Source: Candidatus Moraniibacteriota bacterium (GTDB lineage Bacteria; Patescibacteriota; Minisyncoccia; Moranbacterales; GCA-2747515). Taken from it: a stretch of DNA of 64,000 nt. Below, piece after piece: positions 39,333 to 49,525 of this stretch; the stretch's first letter is position 1; each line of letters begins with the position of its first letter. The stretch is from the NCBI GenBank assembly GCA_040772365.1, contig JAXGYI010000005.1:5132-69131 (forward strand), in the 5' to 3' direction. Position numbers and translations under genes: made by a program. The notes below the pieces were generated by a model. That model was not told the DNA's origin. It saw only the letters and a program-made list of their open reading frames with translations, and did no database searches.

Positions 39333-39800
39333 ATGGCGGACTATTTTCACACCATTAATCCACAGCATTTTTCAGGATATCGCATCATTGTTGATTTAGA
39401 TGGGACGCTGGCGTGCCCATCACGCGACGTTCTTGCGGATGATGTGATAGCGGTTGTGCATGCGCTACAACGAACGAATGATGTTTTTCTGTTCTCCAAT
39501 AACTTTGATGGTGCACGTAGTCGACGCGTTGCTGCGGCTATTGGCGTGCCGTATCTTACTGCGCACTGTCGTAAGCCACGACGAGCCGTCTTGGATGCGT
39601 TGCCGCCGTCGGAAAAACCAATCGTAATCATTGGTGATAAATTTCTCACAGATGAGTTGCTGTCATACTTTACAGGTACGCAGTATATACGGGTGCGACG
39701 CTATACATGTCGCAATGACTCTCTTTTTGCACGACTTGGGTGTATTTTTGACGATGGCGTGCGTCTGCTCTGTGGGTGGTGTGTACGTATACGTCGATAG
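39333..39800 (+). CDS. HAD-superfamily phosphatase (YqeG-like, subfamily IIIA)
   Basis: Motif I IVDLDGTL, a KPRR region, and motif IV GDKFLTDE. Confidence 0.6.
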   Translation: MADYFHTINPQHFSGYRIIVDLDGTLACPSRDVLADDVIAVVHALQRTNDVFLFSNNFDGARSRRVAAAIGVPYLTAHCRKPRRAVLDALPPSEKPIVIIGDKFLTDELLSYFTGTQYIRVRRYTCRNDSLFARLGCIFDDGVRLLCGWCVRIRR

Positions 39801-39915
39801 TGGCATGTGACGTGATCGATGATGGTATTTTGTTCAAAAAAGTGTGCATGTGGTATGATAAAAAGAGGGACCAGAGGTCTCTGGTTGAGTGTGGTGATAT
39901 AATTGTGTGATAAAT

Positions 39916-42258
39916 ATGGGAGTAAAAAAAACACAACATGATACTGTAGAAGGTGATGGCGAAGAATTTGTGAGATTGAATATTAGTGCACATGCCAAGC
40001 GATCAATTGTAGCAATTACTCTCTTTCTCCTTGCCGCAATTTGTGCATTGGGGTTTTTTGATGCGGCAGGTGTTATGGGACAAAAAATTTCCGGTGGACT
40101 TGGCATGGTTTTTGGGTGGGGGAAGTACATCGTTCCAGCTGTATTGATTGTTGCAGGGCTCATCTTATTGCGCGACAAGGTGAAGGCACAGTTCTACGTT
40201 ACGAAGATTATTGGCGTGATGCTGGCATTTTGGTGTGTACTTGGTTTGATTCACGTGTTGTTTATTGATGCAGAGAATTTTAAGACAGCGACGCAGGCGG
40301 CGCAGGGTGGTGGGTACGTGGGACATCTTTTGGCACAACCGCTCGTGCAATTTACCGGCATTATTGCAGCGGTGCTGATCCTGCTTACACTGATTCTCGT
40401 GGGCATTATTGTGGCATTTGATGTATCACTCGTGGGACTTGGAGATAAGGTGCCGTCGCACGTGACGATTTCTACAAAAGAGCTCTTTGGGCGTAGGGGA
40501 GAAGAAGATGATGGGGGCGATGGAGATGCGGATGCTATGCGTGATGATCGTTCTGCAACAGCATTGACAGAGGAGGAAGAGGAAGATGACGATGATGAAG
40601 AGGACGGCGATTTTGACGATACACTTTTTGATGATGATGATATTATTCCACCTACACATAGTGCAGCGCCTGCAGGAATATCTGCTGCTGAGCGTGCGGA
40701 GGAAATTATACGTGAAAAAGCAATAGCGAGTAAGCGTATGCGGCACAGTGATGCGGTAGAGTGGGAGCTGCCGCCACTGCGTTTGCTGAAAGCTGGTACT
40801 GATAAGGCACAGGGCGGTGATGTCCGACAGCGTGCCGAGCGTATTCAGGATACCTTTGCTAATTTTGGTATTACCATGGAGTTGGAAGATGTTGTGACAG
40901 GACCAACGGTAACACAGTATAGTTTTCGCCCGCAGTCTGGCGTGAAGTTGTCACGTATCACTGCGTTAAATGCTGATTTGGCACTCGCGCTTGCTGCGCA
41001 TCCCATTCGCATTGAGGCGCCAATTCCCGGTAAGTCATTAGTGGGTATTGAGGTGCCAAATAAGACTCGTGCAACTGTGCGAATGCGCGATCTTTTGAAT
41101 ACAGATGCATTTGATCATCCAGATAAGAAATTACTTTTGGCCTTGGGCGAAGATGTGAATGGGGACTATGTCTTTGAAGATCTTACAAAGATGCCGCATC
41201 TTCTTGTCGCAGGTACAACCGGATCTGGAAAATCTGTGACGATCAACTGCATTCTCTTGTCTCTTTTATATAAAAATTCTCCAGATGATCTCAAATTAAT
41301 CCTTGTTGATCCAAAGCGTGTGGAGCTTACGCTCTATGCGGGCATTCCACACCTCCTCTCTGATGTGATTGTGGAGAATGGTAAGGTCATTAATGCGCTG
41401 AAGTGGGCAGTATCGGAGATGGAGCGACGTTACAAGATTTTGCAGGAAACCGGGTCACGTGACTTGGCATCGTATCAGAAGAAACGTGCCGCAGGGGAGA
41501 TGCATGTTTGCACAGATCCGGAAACTGGTGAGAGTACTACAGGGCCAATGGAAAACCTTCCTGTGATTATCATTGTGATTGATGAGCTGTCCGATCTGAT
41601 GTCGTCACATGGTAAGGAGGTAGAGGGTGTGATTGTGCGTCTAGCACAGATGTCACGCGCCATCGGTATTCACCTCATCATCTCTACGCAGCGCCCAAGC
41701 GTGGAGGTTATCACGGGCCTCATTAAGGCAAATTTGCCGACACGTATCGCACTGCGTGTTGCAACGAATATCGACTCTCGTACTATTATTGACGTTCCGG
41801 GTGCAGAAAAGTTAGTGGGAAATGGTGATATGCTTTTCGTGGGACCACAAAGTTCTAGTCCGCGTCGCATCCAGAGTGCCTATGTGGATGAGGAAGAGTT
41901 GAAGCGCGTTGTGCAGTTCATTCGACGGCAGGCAGAGGTGGTTGGCGCGTACAGTATTGACGAGGACTTTGGTGATGTGACGGAGGGTGGATCGGAGCAT
42001 GGAGGCTTTTCTGACAGTGAGAGCTATGGCGGATCTGATGATCCGATGTATGAAGATGCAAAACAGGCTGTCATAGAAGCTGGGAAGGCGTCTACGTCAT
42101 ATATCCAGCGGAAATTACGAGTGGGTTATTCGCGTGCTGCACGACTTATGGATGATTTAGAGGAAAACGGCATTATTGGTCCGGCAGACGGCTCAAAGCC
42201 ACGTCGTGTGATTGGCGCTGAATCTGATGATGATGAGGAGGATGCACAAGATGCCTAG
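39916..42258 (+). CDS. ftsK: DNA translocase FtsK/SpoIIIE
   Basis: Four N-terminal TM helices, an acidic D/E linker, motor domain with Walker A LLVAGTTGSGKSVTINCIL, and a C-terminal gamma winged-helix (SYIQRKLRVGYSRAARLMDDLEENGIIGP). Confidence 0.9.
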   Translation: MGVKKTQHDTVEGDGEEFVRLNISAHAKRSIVAITLFLLAAICALGFFDAAGVMGQKISGGLGMVFGWGKYIVPAVLIVAGLILLRDKVKAQFYVTKIIGVMLAFWCVLGLIHVLFIDAENFKTATQAAQGGGYVGHLLAQPLVQFTGIIAAVLILLTLILVGIIVAFDVSLVGLGDKVPSHVTISTKELFGRRGEEDDGGDGDADAMRDDRSATALTEEEEEDDDDEEDGDFDDTLFDDDDIIPPTHSAAPAGISAAERAEEIIREKAIASKRMRHSDAVEWELPPLRLLKAGTDKAQGGDVRQRAERIQDTFANFGITMELEDVVTGPTVTQYSFRPQSGVKLSRITALNADLALALAAHPIRIEAPIPGKSLVGIEVPNKTRATVRMRDLLNTDAFDHPDKKLLLALGEDVNGDYVFEDLTKMPHLLVAGTTGSGKSVTINCILLSLLYKNSPDDLKLILVDPKRVELTLYAGIPHLLSDVIVENGKVINALKWAVSEMERRYKILQETGSRDLASYQKKRAAGEMHVCTDPETGESTTGPMENLPVIIIVIDELSDLMSSHGKEVEGVIVRLAQMSRAIGIHLIISTQRPSVEVITGLIKANLPTRIALRVATNIDSRTIIDVPGAEKLVGNGDMLFVGPQSSSPRRIQSAYVDEEELKRVVQFIRRQAEVVGAYSIDEDFGDVTEGGSEHGGFSDSESYGGSDDPMYEDAKQAVIEAGKASTSYIQRKLRVGYSRAARLMDDLEENGIIGPADGSKPRRVIGAESDDDEEDAQDA

Positions 42259-42325
42259 GGAGTTTTGTGAGCGTGATGTATGATGAGAGCGTCGTAGTAT
42301 ATATGAGAGTGTGGGAGAATGTTCT

Positions 42326-43297
42326 ATGCCACAGCAGGAATTTACACGAAAAAAAGTTCAGTCGTTAACCTTGGGGGAGAAATTACGACATTTGCGTGAG
42401 GAGCGGCGTTTACGCGCAGTTGATTTGTCGCGCAAGATTTTTGTGAAAGTCGCGTATATTAATGCACTGGAGGAAGGGCGATATGATCAACTCCCAACAA
42501 AAGTTTATGTTAAGGGATTTGTACGTTCGTACGCGCGATATTTTGGTGTACCAGAGGATGTTCTGTTGCACCTCTTTGAGCGAGAGTATAGCGTTTTTCG
42601 CAACATTAATGCCGCAGATCATGAAGAGGAGGTAAGCCGCATGCCACGTCGTCTACGATTTGTCATAACGCCACGGACGGTTGTTGCATTTGTGGGGATT
42701 AGTGCTCTTCTCGGTGTCGGCGTTTACCTGTTTTACGGTGTAGATAATTTTATTTCCTCACCATGGTTAGTTGTTGATGAGCCAGTGATGGGCGCAGTTA
42801 TTGATGGGGATATGGTAACAGTTGTCGGACGGACGCGTCCAAATTCTCAGGTGCGCATTAACGGGCAGGCGGTGTTGGCAGATATGGATGGATTATTTCG
42901 TGAAGATGTGCGACTTGCAGTTGGAGCAAATACAATTCTTATTGAGAGCACCAATACATTTGACAAGACAACAACGCAGCACTTGCTTGTTGAGGCACGC
43001 TACACGGTAGCGCAGTTAGAAGAGGAGCAGTCATCCAATCAGATTCTGATTACGGCTCAAGATACTGCTATCACGGTAGTAATCCACGATGGCACATCAG
43101 TCATTTTTGATCAAAAAATTGCTACCAATGAAACTGTGCGTGTAGAGTATGCTACGGAAAGTGTATTACTGAGCACATCTGATGCTAAGCATACACTTGT
43201 GGGGTCTGATCATGAGAGCATGATGCCACTTGGTGCAAGGAATGTACCGGCGCAAGAGATCGTTTTTCCTCTTGAGCAGGAGAAAAAGCTGCAGTGA
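42326..43297 (+). CDS. rodZ: RodZ-like cytoskeletal protein (XRE-type HTH, TM helix, DUF4115-like C-terminal domain)
   Basis: LTLGEKLRHLREERRLRAVDLSRKIFVKVAYINALEEGRYDQLPTKVYVKGFVRSYARYFGV is RodZ-type HTH. A TM segment lies at ~aa 120-140, followed by a beta-rich C-terminal domain. Start is chosen at the ATG at 42326, which has GGAG 9 nt upstream. Confidence 0.6.
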   Translation: MPQQEFTRKKVQSLTLGEKLRHLREERRLRAVDLSRKIFVKVAYINALEEGRYDQLPTKVYVKGFVRSYARYFGVPEDVLLHLFEREYSVFRNINAADHEEEVSRMPRRLRFVITPRTVVAFVGISALLGVGVYLFYGVDNFISSPWLVVDEPVMGAVIDGDMVTVVGRTRPNSQVRINGQAVLADMDGLFREDVRLAVGANTILIESTNTFDKTTTQHLLVEARYTVAQLEEEQSSNQILITAQDTAITVVIHDGTSVIFDQKIATNETVRVEYATESVLLSTSDAKHTLVGSDHESMMPLGARNVPAQEIVFPLEQEKKLQ

Positions 43298-43413
43298 TGG
43301 GCTGTGGACAAGAAACAATTATGACAATAGAGGAACTGTGTTATAATGTGCGTATCACGGGCGTGTTGTTACCGTGGGGTGTAATTTGATGAATGGTGGG
43401 GGCATACAATATT

Positions 43414-44457
43414 ATGGCAAAGAAGAAGAGTGAAAAAGTGAGTGATAAAACAGGGCAGGCGGCACAGACAAAAAATGTTGATGCCGTTGTTGATGAAATT
43501 CGTACAAAATTTGGTGATGGCATGCTGATGAAGCTGGGCGAGGTGCGGCATGTGGATGTTGCGGCAATTCCAACAGGCTCGCTATCACTAGACATTGCGA
43601 CTGGTGTAGGCGGTGTGCCACGTGGACGTATTGTGGAAATTTATGGTCCGGAATCATCTGGTAAAACAACACTAGCGCTTCATATTGCAGCAAATGCGCA
43701 ACGTGCAGGCGGTACAGCGGCGTTTGTAGATGCTGAGCATGCACTTGATCCGGAGTACGCAAAAAATATTGGCGTCAACACTGCGGAATTATTAGTGTCA
43801 CAACCGGACGCAGGTGAGCAGGCATTGGATATTGTGGAAACACTTGTACGGTCCAATGCTGTGGATGTTATTGTTGTGGATTCTGTAGCAGCATTGACAC
43901 CGCAGGCGGAAATTGATGGAGAGATGGGCGATCAGCATGTTGGTCGTCAGGCGCGACTGATGAGTCAGGCATTGCGGAAGTTGACGCCGGTGATTGCGCG
44001 GTCGAACTGTATTGTCATTTTCATCAATCAGATTCGCATGAAGATCGGTGTCATGTTTGGCAATCCAGAGACAACAACTGGTGGTAACGCATTAAAGTTT
44101 TATGCATCAATGCGCATGGATGTGCGACGTAGTGCGCAAATCAAGAAAGGCGATGAGGTTGTTGGCAATCGCACAAAAGTGAAGATTGTGAAAAATAAAG
44201 TTGCGCCGCCATTTCGCATTGCAGAATTTGACATTATGTATAATGAGGGCATTTCACTGTCTGGTGACGTATTGGACACAGGGACTGCTCTTGGCGTGCT
44301 GGATAAGCGGGGCAATTCGTATACATATAAGGAAGAGAAGTTAGGTGTTGGGCGTGAGGCGGTGAAGACATTTCTAAAAGCGCATCCCAAGATTATGGAC
44401 GCTGTCGTTAAGGATGTGCATGGAGCTATTGCCGAGCGACGTAAAAAAGAGGTGTAA
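43414..44457 (+). CDS. recA: Recombinase RecA
   Basis: Canonical RecA ([24 protein letters not shown]2 loop). The start is taken at MAKKKSEK. An extended -10 TGTTATAAT lies ~60 nt upstream; no obvious LexA/Cheo box was seen. Confidence 0.95.
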   Translation: MAKKKSEKVSDKTGQAAQTKNVDAVVDEIRTKFGDGMLMKLGEVRHVDVAAIPTGSLSLDIATGVGGVPRGRIVEIYGPESSGKTTLALHIAANAQRAGGTAAFVDAEHALDPEYAKNIGVNTAELLVSQPDAGEQALDIVETLVRSNAVDVIVVDSVAALTPQAEIDGEMGDQHVGRQARLMSQALRKLTPVIARSNCIVIFINQIRMKIGVMFGNPETTTGGNALKFYASMRMDVRRSAQIKKGDEVVGNRTKVKIVKNKVAPPFRIAEFDIMYNEGISLSGDVLDTGTALGVLDKRGNSYTYKEEKLGVGREAVKTFLKAHPKIMDAVVKDVHGAIAERRKKEV

Positions 44458-44470
44458 TACCTAGATGATT

Positions 44471-44498
44471 TTGGCACGTGTAGAAAGTGTGCTATAAT
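44471..44498 (+). promoter_or_regulatory. Sigma70-type promoter for the pil operon
   Basis: TTGGCA (44471-44476), 16-nt spacer, TATAAT (44493-44498), ~27 nt upstream of the pilM start. Confidence 0.55.
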
Positions 44499-44524
44499 GA
44501 ACGCAACATAAAAATAAAAATGTT

Positions 44525-45568
44525 ATGGGATTGTTTTCATCACGTTCAGCATATTCGTTAGGAGTGGATTTTGGGACGCAGTCGATCAAAGCTGTGGAGT
44601 TGCGCAGTGTTAAAGGTAAGGCGCATCTATCGAACTATGCTACGGTCAATGTTACAGATCTTAAAGAGGTTCCCTCGGAGTATAATGACGATTATACGAA
44701 GCGTCTGTCTGGGGCGCTTGCTGCGCTTTTTACACAGATGAAACCAAAGACCAAGCGCGCAGTTGTTTCCATACCAAGCTTCAACGGTCTTGTGGTGATC
44801 GTAGATTTCCCTCGTATGCGGGAGAAGGATATTGCATCTGCTATTAAGTTTGAGTCACGTAAATATATTCCCGCATCACTTGATGAGGTAAATGTCAGCT
44901 GGGAAATTTTAGAAGAGACGGAGGAAGAGAAGGCAAAGCCAACCATGAAGGTGCTGTTAGTAGCTGCGCCAAAAAGTGAGGTGCAGTACTACGACGGACT
45001 TTTTCAGGGAACAGGTATTCAGATCGACTCACTGGAGTTAGAGGCTTTTTCGATCGTGCGTGCCGTTGTGGGTGGCACACAAGGACGTTTTGTTGTGGTA
45101 GATATTGGCGCACGCACAACGAGTGTGATTTTGGTACAGGATGGTGTTGTGCATATGAGTCGTAGTGTGGATGTTGGCGGTGCGGATGTGACAACAGCAA
45201 TTATGGAGGGATTGAATATTTCTTATGATCGCGCACGTACCCTCAAAGAGGGTGGTGAAAATTTTTTTACGGGACCAACACGTGTTAATTTCGCGTCTCT
45301 CGGTGCGATTGCGAATGAAGTGAAGCGTGTCCTAGATACGCAGCGGTCGAATGTTGTTGATTCTCTCGTGCTCAGTGGAGGTGGTGCGCAGCTCGTGGGT
45401 ATTGATGAGTACTTTTCACAGACGGCGCACGTGCATGTCGTGAAAGGCAACCCACTGAGTCGTGTTGTTTATGATCCGACAATGTCTGGTTTTCTGCCGG
45501 ATCGTGCAGTCTCATTTACTGTGGCGATTGGGTTAGCATTGCGCGATAGTGAGGTAAATTCAGAATAA
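44525..45568 (+). CDS. pilM: Type IV pilus assembly protein PilM (actin-like ATPase fold)
   Basis: 347 aa with an ASKHA fold (SLGVDFGTQSIKAVEL...). It heads a pilMNO-like gene order. Confidence 0.85.
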   Translation: MGLFSSRSAYSLGVDFGTQSIKAVELRSVKGKAHLSNYATVNVTDLKEVPSEYNDDYTKRLSGALAALFTQMKPKTKRAVVSIPSFNGLVVIVDFPRMREKDIASAIKFESRKYIPASLDEVNVSWEILEETEEEKAKPTMKVLLVAAPKSEVQYYDGLFQGTGIQIDSLELEAFSIVRAVVGGTQGRFVVVDIGARTTSVILVQDGVVHMSRSVDVGGADVTTAIMEGLNISYDRARTLKEGGENFFTGPTRVNFASLGAIANEVKRVLDTQRSNVVDSLVLSGGGAQLVGIDEYFSQTAHVHVVKGNPLSRVVYDPTMSGFLPDRAVSFTVAIGLALRDSEVNSE

Positions 45569-45640
45569 GGCGTTCTTCATAAAATGAATGTATCATGGTA
45601 CTTAACATAATAATCAATTAATTATTCTTACTATAAATAT

Positions 45641-46345
45641 ATGGCTTCTGGACTAGGCTTTAAAAACACATCAGCACAAAAGAGTACGCAGTCGTCACGT
45701 AAAAAAATGGTTGCACCGGCGCTACTGATCACATTTGGCGTCTTACTCATCGCAGGCGCAACATATGGAGGGCTATTGCTGTGGCACAGTATTTTACAAA
45801 AGAAGGTGCGCACATTAGTTACGGACATTGGGAATGTTAATGCAGATATTCAGAAGGTAGTAGAGGGCAGGGTTGGTGACTTCGGTGTGCGCGCAACAAC
45901 TATGCAGAAGGATCTCTACAAGGACTATGAAGCAAACGATATTCTTCGTGAGATTGAAAAAATCATGATCAAGAAGAGTTCTGATGGTAGCGGTGATCGC
46001 GTTGTGTTAAAGTCGTTCCAGTATAACGCTGGTGCGTATGATAAGCAGTCCTTTGGTAATACAGAGCGCACTGTGACTGGTAAGGGTAATGTAACTATCT
46101 CTGCTGATGCAGACACATTTGATGTGATGGCGCAGCAGGTGGAAAAATTCAAGGAAAGCGATCTCTTTGATGCTGTAAAGGTTGGTACAACAGATCGCAA
46201 TGAGTATGGGCGTATTATTTTCACGCTCACGATGGATGTTAATCGCCATGATGAGTCTCCATATGAAAAAACAGCAGCAACATCAAATGCAGTATTTGGT
46301 GTGGCAGAGGAGTATGCGCCCAACAGTGAAACGCTGGGTCTGTAA
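45641..46345 (+). CDS. pilN: PilN-like bitopic pilus assembly protein
   Basis: Short cytoplasmic N-tail, a single TM (APALLITFGVLLIAGATYGGLLLW), and a periplasmic/extracellular domain. Assigned mainly by position downstream of pilM. Confidence 0.45.
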   Translation: MASGLGFKNTSAQKSTQSSRKKMVAPALLITFGVLLIAGATYGGLLLWHSILQKKVRTLVTDIGNVNADIQKVVEGRVGDFGVRATTMQKDLYKDYEANDILREIEKIMIKKSSDGSGDRVVLKSFQYNAGAYDKQSFGNTERTVTGKGNVTISADADTFDVMAQQVEKFKESDLFDAVKVGTTDRNEYGRIIFTLTMDVNRHDESPYEKTAATSNAVFGVAEEYAPNSETLGL

Positions 46346-46386
46346 ATAGTAAAGAAATTCTCATAAATAAATAATGGCATAAAACT

Positions 46387-47091
46387 ATGATTATACGCAT
46401 TCTCATGTTTCCGGTAATCCTGCTGATCGTGCTCTATATTGTCATCGGTCGTATTGCACCGACTACGAAATTAATTAGCGCGGATCGTGTAGAGGTTGCA
46501 GAAAAGACACAGGAGCTCTCGCAGGCCAATGCACGGCTGGACAAGATGAAGAGCTTTGCGACAAGTGTAGATCAGCATCCGCAAGAGCAGGAATTCGTTC
46601 TTCATTTCGTGCCTAATAATCAACGAGAGGAGATCATTCTGAGCGATGTGTCACAGATGGCACAGGATGCAGGCCTTTCTCTATTCTCTTTCGGATTTGC
46701 TGAAGGTCGACAAGATGCGCGATCTGGTGCAATAGCACAAAATCGTGCAAGCTATATTGAGACAAAGGTGATTGCATCGGGATCATATGATGCGTTTAAG
46801 AAATTTGCTGATCAACTCTTTCGTATTAAGAGGCTTTATGCATTTAAGACATTTGAATTAAGCAAGCAAGAGCACGTGCAGAAAGAGGGTGAAGAGCCCG
46901 TGACACAGGATATGCTCGATGGTGTTATATCATTCACCTATGGATATATTCCTGGTCAGGCGCATGTTGATCCCATGGTGTTTAATCCTACAGTGAACTT
47001 TGATGACATTAAGGCTATCATGAATGCTGCAACGCAAACAGATCCATTGATTGCAGAGGCGCAGGAGCGCCCAAATCCTTTTCTTCCATAA
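46387..47091 (+). CDS. pilO: PilO-like bitopic pilus assembly protein
   Basis: N-terminal TM (IIRILMFPVILLIVLYIVIG), a coiled-coil segment, and a C-terminal alpha/beta domain. Position is consistent with pilO. Confidence 0.45.
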   Translation: MIIRILMFPVILLIVLYIVIGRIAPTTKLISADRVEVAEKTQELSQANARLDKMKSFATSVDQHPQEQEFVLHFVPNNQREEIILSDVSQMAQDAGLSLFSFGFAEGRQDARSGAIAQNRASYIETKVIASGSYDAFKKFADQLFRIKRLYAFKTFELSKQEHVQKEGEEPVTQDMLDGVISFTYGYIPGQAHVDPMVFNPTVNFDDIKAIMNAATQTDPLIAEAQERPNPFLP

Positions 47092-47100
47092 AGAGAAAAC

Positions 47101-49047
47101 ATGAGTGAAGATCGTCTACAATCACAAAATAATACGATTGTTTTTGATGATGTGTCAGAAGAGCGCTTGGATGATGTTGCGCAGCAGGATGTGTCAGTTG
47201 CACCGAGCTTAACAGCATCTGGTGATGGTGCAGTGCTGATTGCAGAAGATGATGTGAGGGATAGTTCTGATACAGGAGGTGTTGTGCAAAGTGATACGGC
47301 TGTGTCAACGGATGCTGCGGCGACGGTATCGGGTGTTGAAGTGCCTGCGGAGAAAGAATTTGCGCCTGACGCGCAGGAGGATGCTGCCGAGCAAAGTTTA
47401 CAACAGCGCGCAGAAGCCATGGGTGTCAAGGCGTTGGATGATGTGCCGGAAAATGTACAGCGTGAGGCAATGATTCTCTTGGCAGAGGATATTGCGCGAG
47501 AGCATCGTATGGTAGTTTTTGCTAAAGATGATGCGACAGAAACGCTGCACGTTGCAATGCTTGATCCACAAGACGTATACGCTTCCAACGTTTTACGGTT
47601 TATGGCACGGAAGGATCGATTGAGTATTGATGTATATCTCACGACGGCGGAGGTCTTAAAGAAGCTCTTTGAGTTTTATGCAAGTGCAGAGGACGCAGTG
47701 AAGAAAGTCGTGCAGTCATTTGAGGATGAAGAGAGTAGCGTTGCAGAAAAGAAAAAAGATACTTTTACGATTTTGCAAGAACGCGAAACTATTCAAGATG
47801 CACCAGTGGCGAAGTTGGTACATGTGATTATTAAGCATGCGCTGGACGGCGGTGCATCTGATGTACACATTGAGCCGATTGACCAGATCTATCGCGTGCG
47901 TTTTCGGCAGGATGGTGTTTTGCACGCATCGCTGACATTTCCACAAGAAGTGGGACGCGCAGTGATTTCTCGTATCAAGATTTTATCTAACCTAAAAATT
48001 GATGAACGACGTAAGCCGCAAGACGGGCGTTTTCGTATCAATGATAAGGGGAACGATATTGACTTTCGCGTCTCAAGCTTGCCAGTTGTAGAGGGAGAAA
48101 AAATCGTGATGCGTGTTTTAGAGAAGGATCGTCAAACATTTGATTTGGCGCAGCTGGGTCTCATGGGAACGCAGCATGAGATGTTTTTGCGACGTGTCCA
48201 TGATCCCTATGGCATGATTTTGATGACGGGTCCTACAGGATCTGGAAAGTCAACGACGCTATATGCATTTTTGAAAATTTTAAATAATGAAGAACGTAAT
48301 ATTATTACACTGGAAGATCCTGTGGAGTACTTTGTACCCGGCATCAATCAGTCACAGGTGAAGCCGGAAATTGGGTATACATTTGCCAGTGGCCTGCGTA
48401 GCATCTTGCGCCAAGATCCAAATATTATTATGGTAGGTGAGATTCGTGATGGAGAAACAGCGGAGCTTGCTGTGCATGCAGCGCTTACTGGTCATCTGGT
48501 ATTTTCTACGGTGCATACCAACAATGCTATTGGTGCATTGCCGCGGTTGATCGATTTGGGGATTGAGTCATTCCTCATCGCATCGGCGGTACGCGTTATT
48601 GCTGCGCAGCGACTTGTGCGTAAGATTTGTGAGAATTGCAAAGAAGAGCTCCAAGTGCCCAATGCCGTGATCGAAAAAATTAAGAAGGATTTGGAGGGTG
48701 TGACCGTGGAAGAGCAGAAGAAGTATGGTGTTGATATTGCTGCTAATGGTATTGTCTTATATCATGGCGCAGGGTGTAAAAATTGTGGAGGATCGGGACT
48801 TAAAGGGCGCATCGCTCTTTACGAGGCAATTGAGCTTGATAATGAGATGCAAAATATCATTGTAGAAGGTGAAGATAGTTTTGTGAAGGCAGATGCGTAC
48901 GCGCGTAAACATGGCTTTATTACTTTGAAACAAGATGGTATACTAAAGGTGCTCTTGGGGATGACAACATTTGCAGAGCTAGAGCGTGTAACAGAGGGTG
49001 ATCTGGAGATTAGTGGCACAGTGGATGACATGCCAGATGAGCGATAG
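47101..49047 (+). CDS. pilB: Type IV pilus assembly ATPase PilB (GspE family)
   Basis: 648 aa. Acidic N-terminal extension, GSPII_E N-domain, Walker A LMTGPTGSGKSTTLYAFL, and a tetracysteine motif CENC...CKNCGGSG. Confidence 0.9.
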   Translation: MSEDRLQSQNNTIVFDDVSEERLDDVAQQDVSVAPSLTASGDGAVLIAEDDVRDSSDTGGVVQSDTAVSTDAAATVSGVEVPAEKEFAPDAQEDAAEQSLQQRAEAMGVKALDDVPENVQREAMILLAEDIAREHRMVVFAKDDATETLHVAMLDPQDVYASNVLRFMARKDRLSIDVYLTTAEVLKKLFEFYASAEDAVKKVVQSFEDEESSVAEKKKDTFTILQERETIQDAPVAKLVHVIIKHALDGGASDVHIEPIDQIYRVRFRQDGVLHASLTFPQEVGRAVISRIKILSNLKIDERRKPQDGRFRINDKGNDIDFRVSSLPVVEGEKIVMRVLEKDRQTFDLAQLGLMGTQHEMFLRRVHDPYGMILMTGPTGSGKSTTLYAFLKILNNEERNIITLEDPVEYFVPGINQSQVKPEIGYTFASGLRSILRQDPNIIMVGEIRDGETAELAVHAALTGHLVFSTVHTNNAIGALPRLIDLGIESFLIASAVRVIAAQRLVRKICENCKEELQVPNAVIEKIKKDLEGVTVEEQKKYGVDIAANGIVLYHGAGCKNCGGSGLKGRIALYEAIELDNEMQNIIVEGEDSFVKADAYARKHGFITLKQDGILKVLLGMTTFAELERVTEGDLEISGTVDDMPDER

Positions 49048-49082
49048 TACAGTAATTGTCATTATATTAAGTTTTAGAGTGT

Positions 49083-49481
49083 ATGGAAAATGATACAACG
49101 CAGCAGCAAGATAAAAAAATGATCATGGTTGTAGAGGATGATATCTTCATTAGCGATATTTATGATGTAAAGCTGAAAGATGCAGGCTATGATGTGGTTA
49201 TGGCGAATAATGGACGTGAAGCAATTGATAAATTGGAATCTGGCGTGCGACCTGATCTCATTCTTTTGGATATCGTGATGCCATACATGGACGGTTTCGA
49301 TGTTCTAGAGGCAATTAATCGGCGAGAGGAATGGAAGGGTATTCCCATTGTACTCTTGACAAATTTGTCTCAAAAAGAGGATGTGGATCGCGGTATCACT
49401 TTGGGTGCAAAAGACTTTTTAATCAAATCACACTTCACACCGACGGAAGTTCTCGCAAAGGTGCAGAAGTATATTGCGTAA
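49083..49481 (+). CDS. Stand-alone response-regulator receiver domain (CheY-like)
   Basis: MIMVVEDD (acidic pocket), phospho-acceptor LILLDIVMP, and the T/K positions (LTNLS...K) are conserved. No output domain, and no kinase in the window. The start is more likely the internal MIMVV at 49119. Confidence 0.8.
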   Translation: MENDTTQQQDKKMIMVVEDDIFISDIYDVKLKDAGYDVVMANNGREAIDKLESGVRPDLILLDIVMPYMDGFDVLEAINRREEWKGIPIVLLTNLSQKEDVDRGITLGAKDFLIKSHFTPTEVLAKVQKYIA

Positions 49482-49525
49482 ATTAATCTAGTACTGCATC
49501 GTAGGGTAATTAGACAAAAATAAAA

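Noticed and set aside
46956-47642. 228-aa minus-strand ORF overlapping pilO/pilB
   Set aside because: Antisense to the PilB N-terminal region; Ser/Ala/Cys-rich low complexity; no start context.
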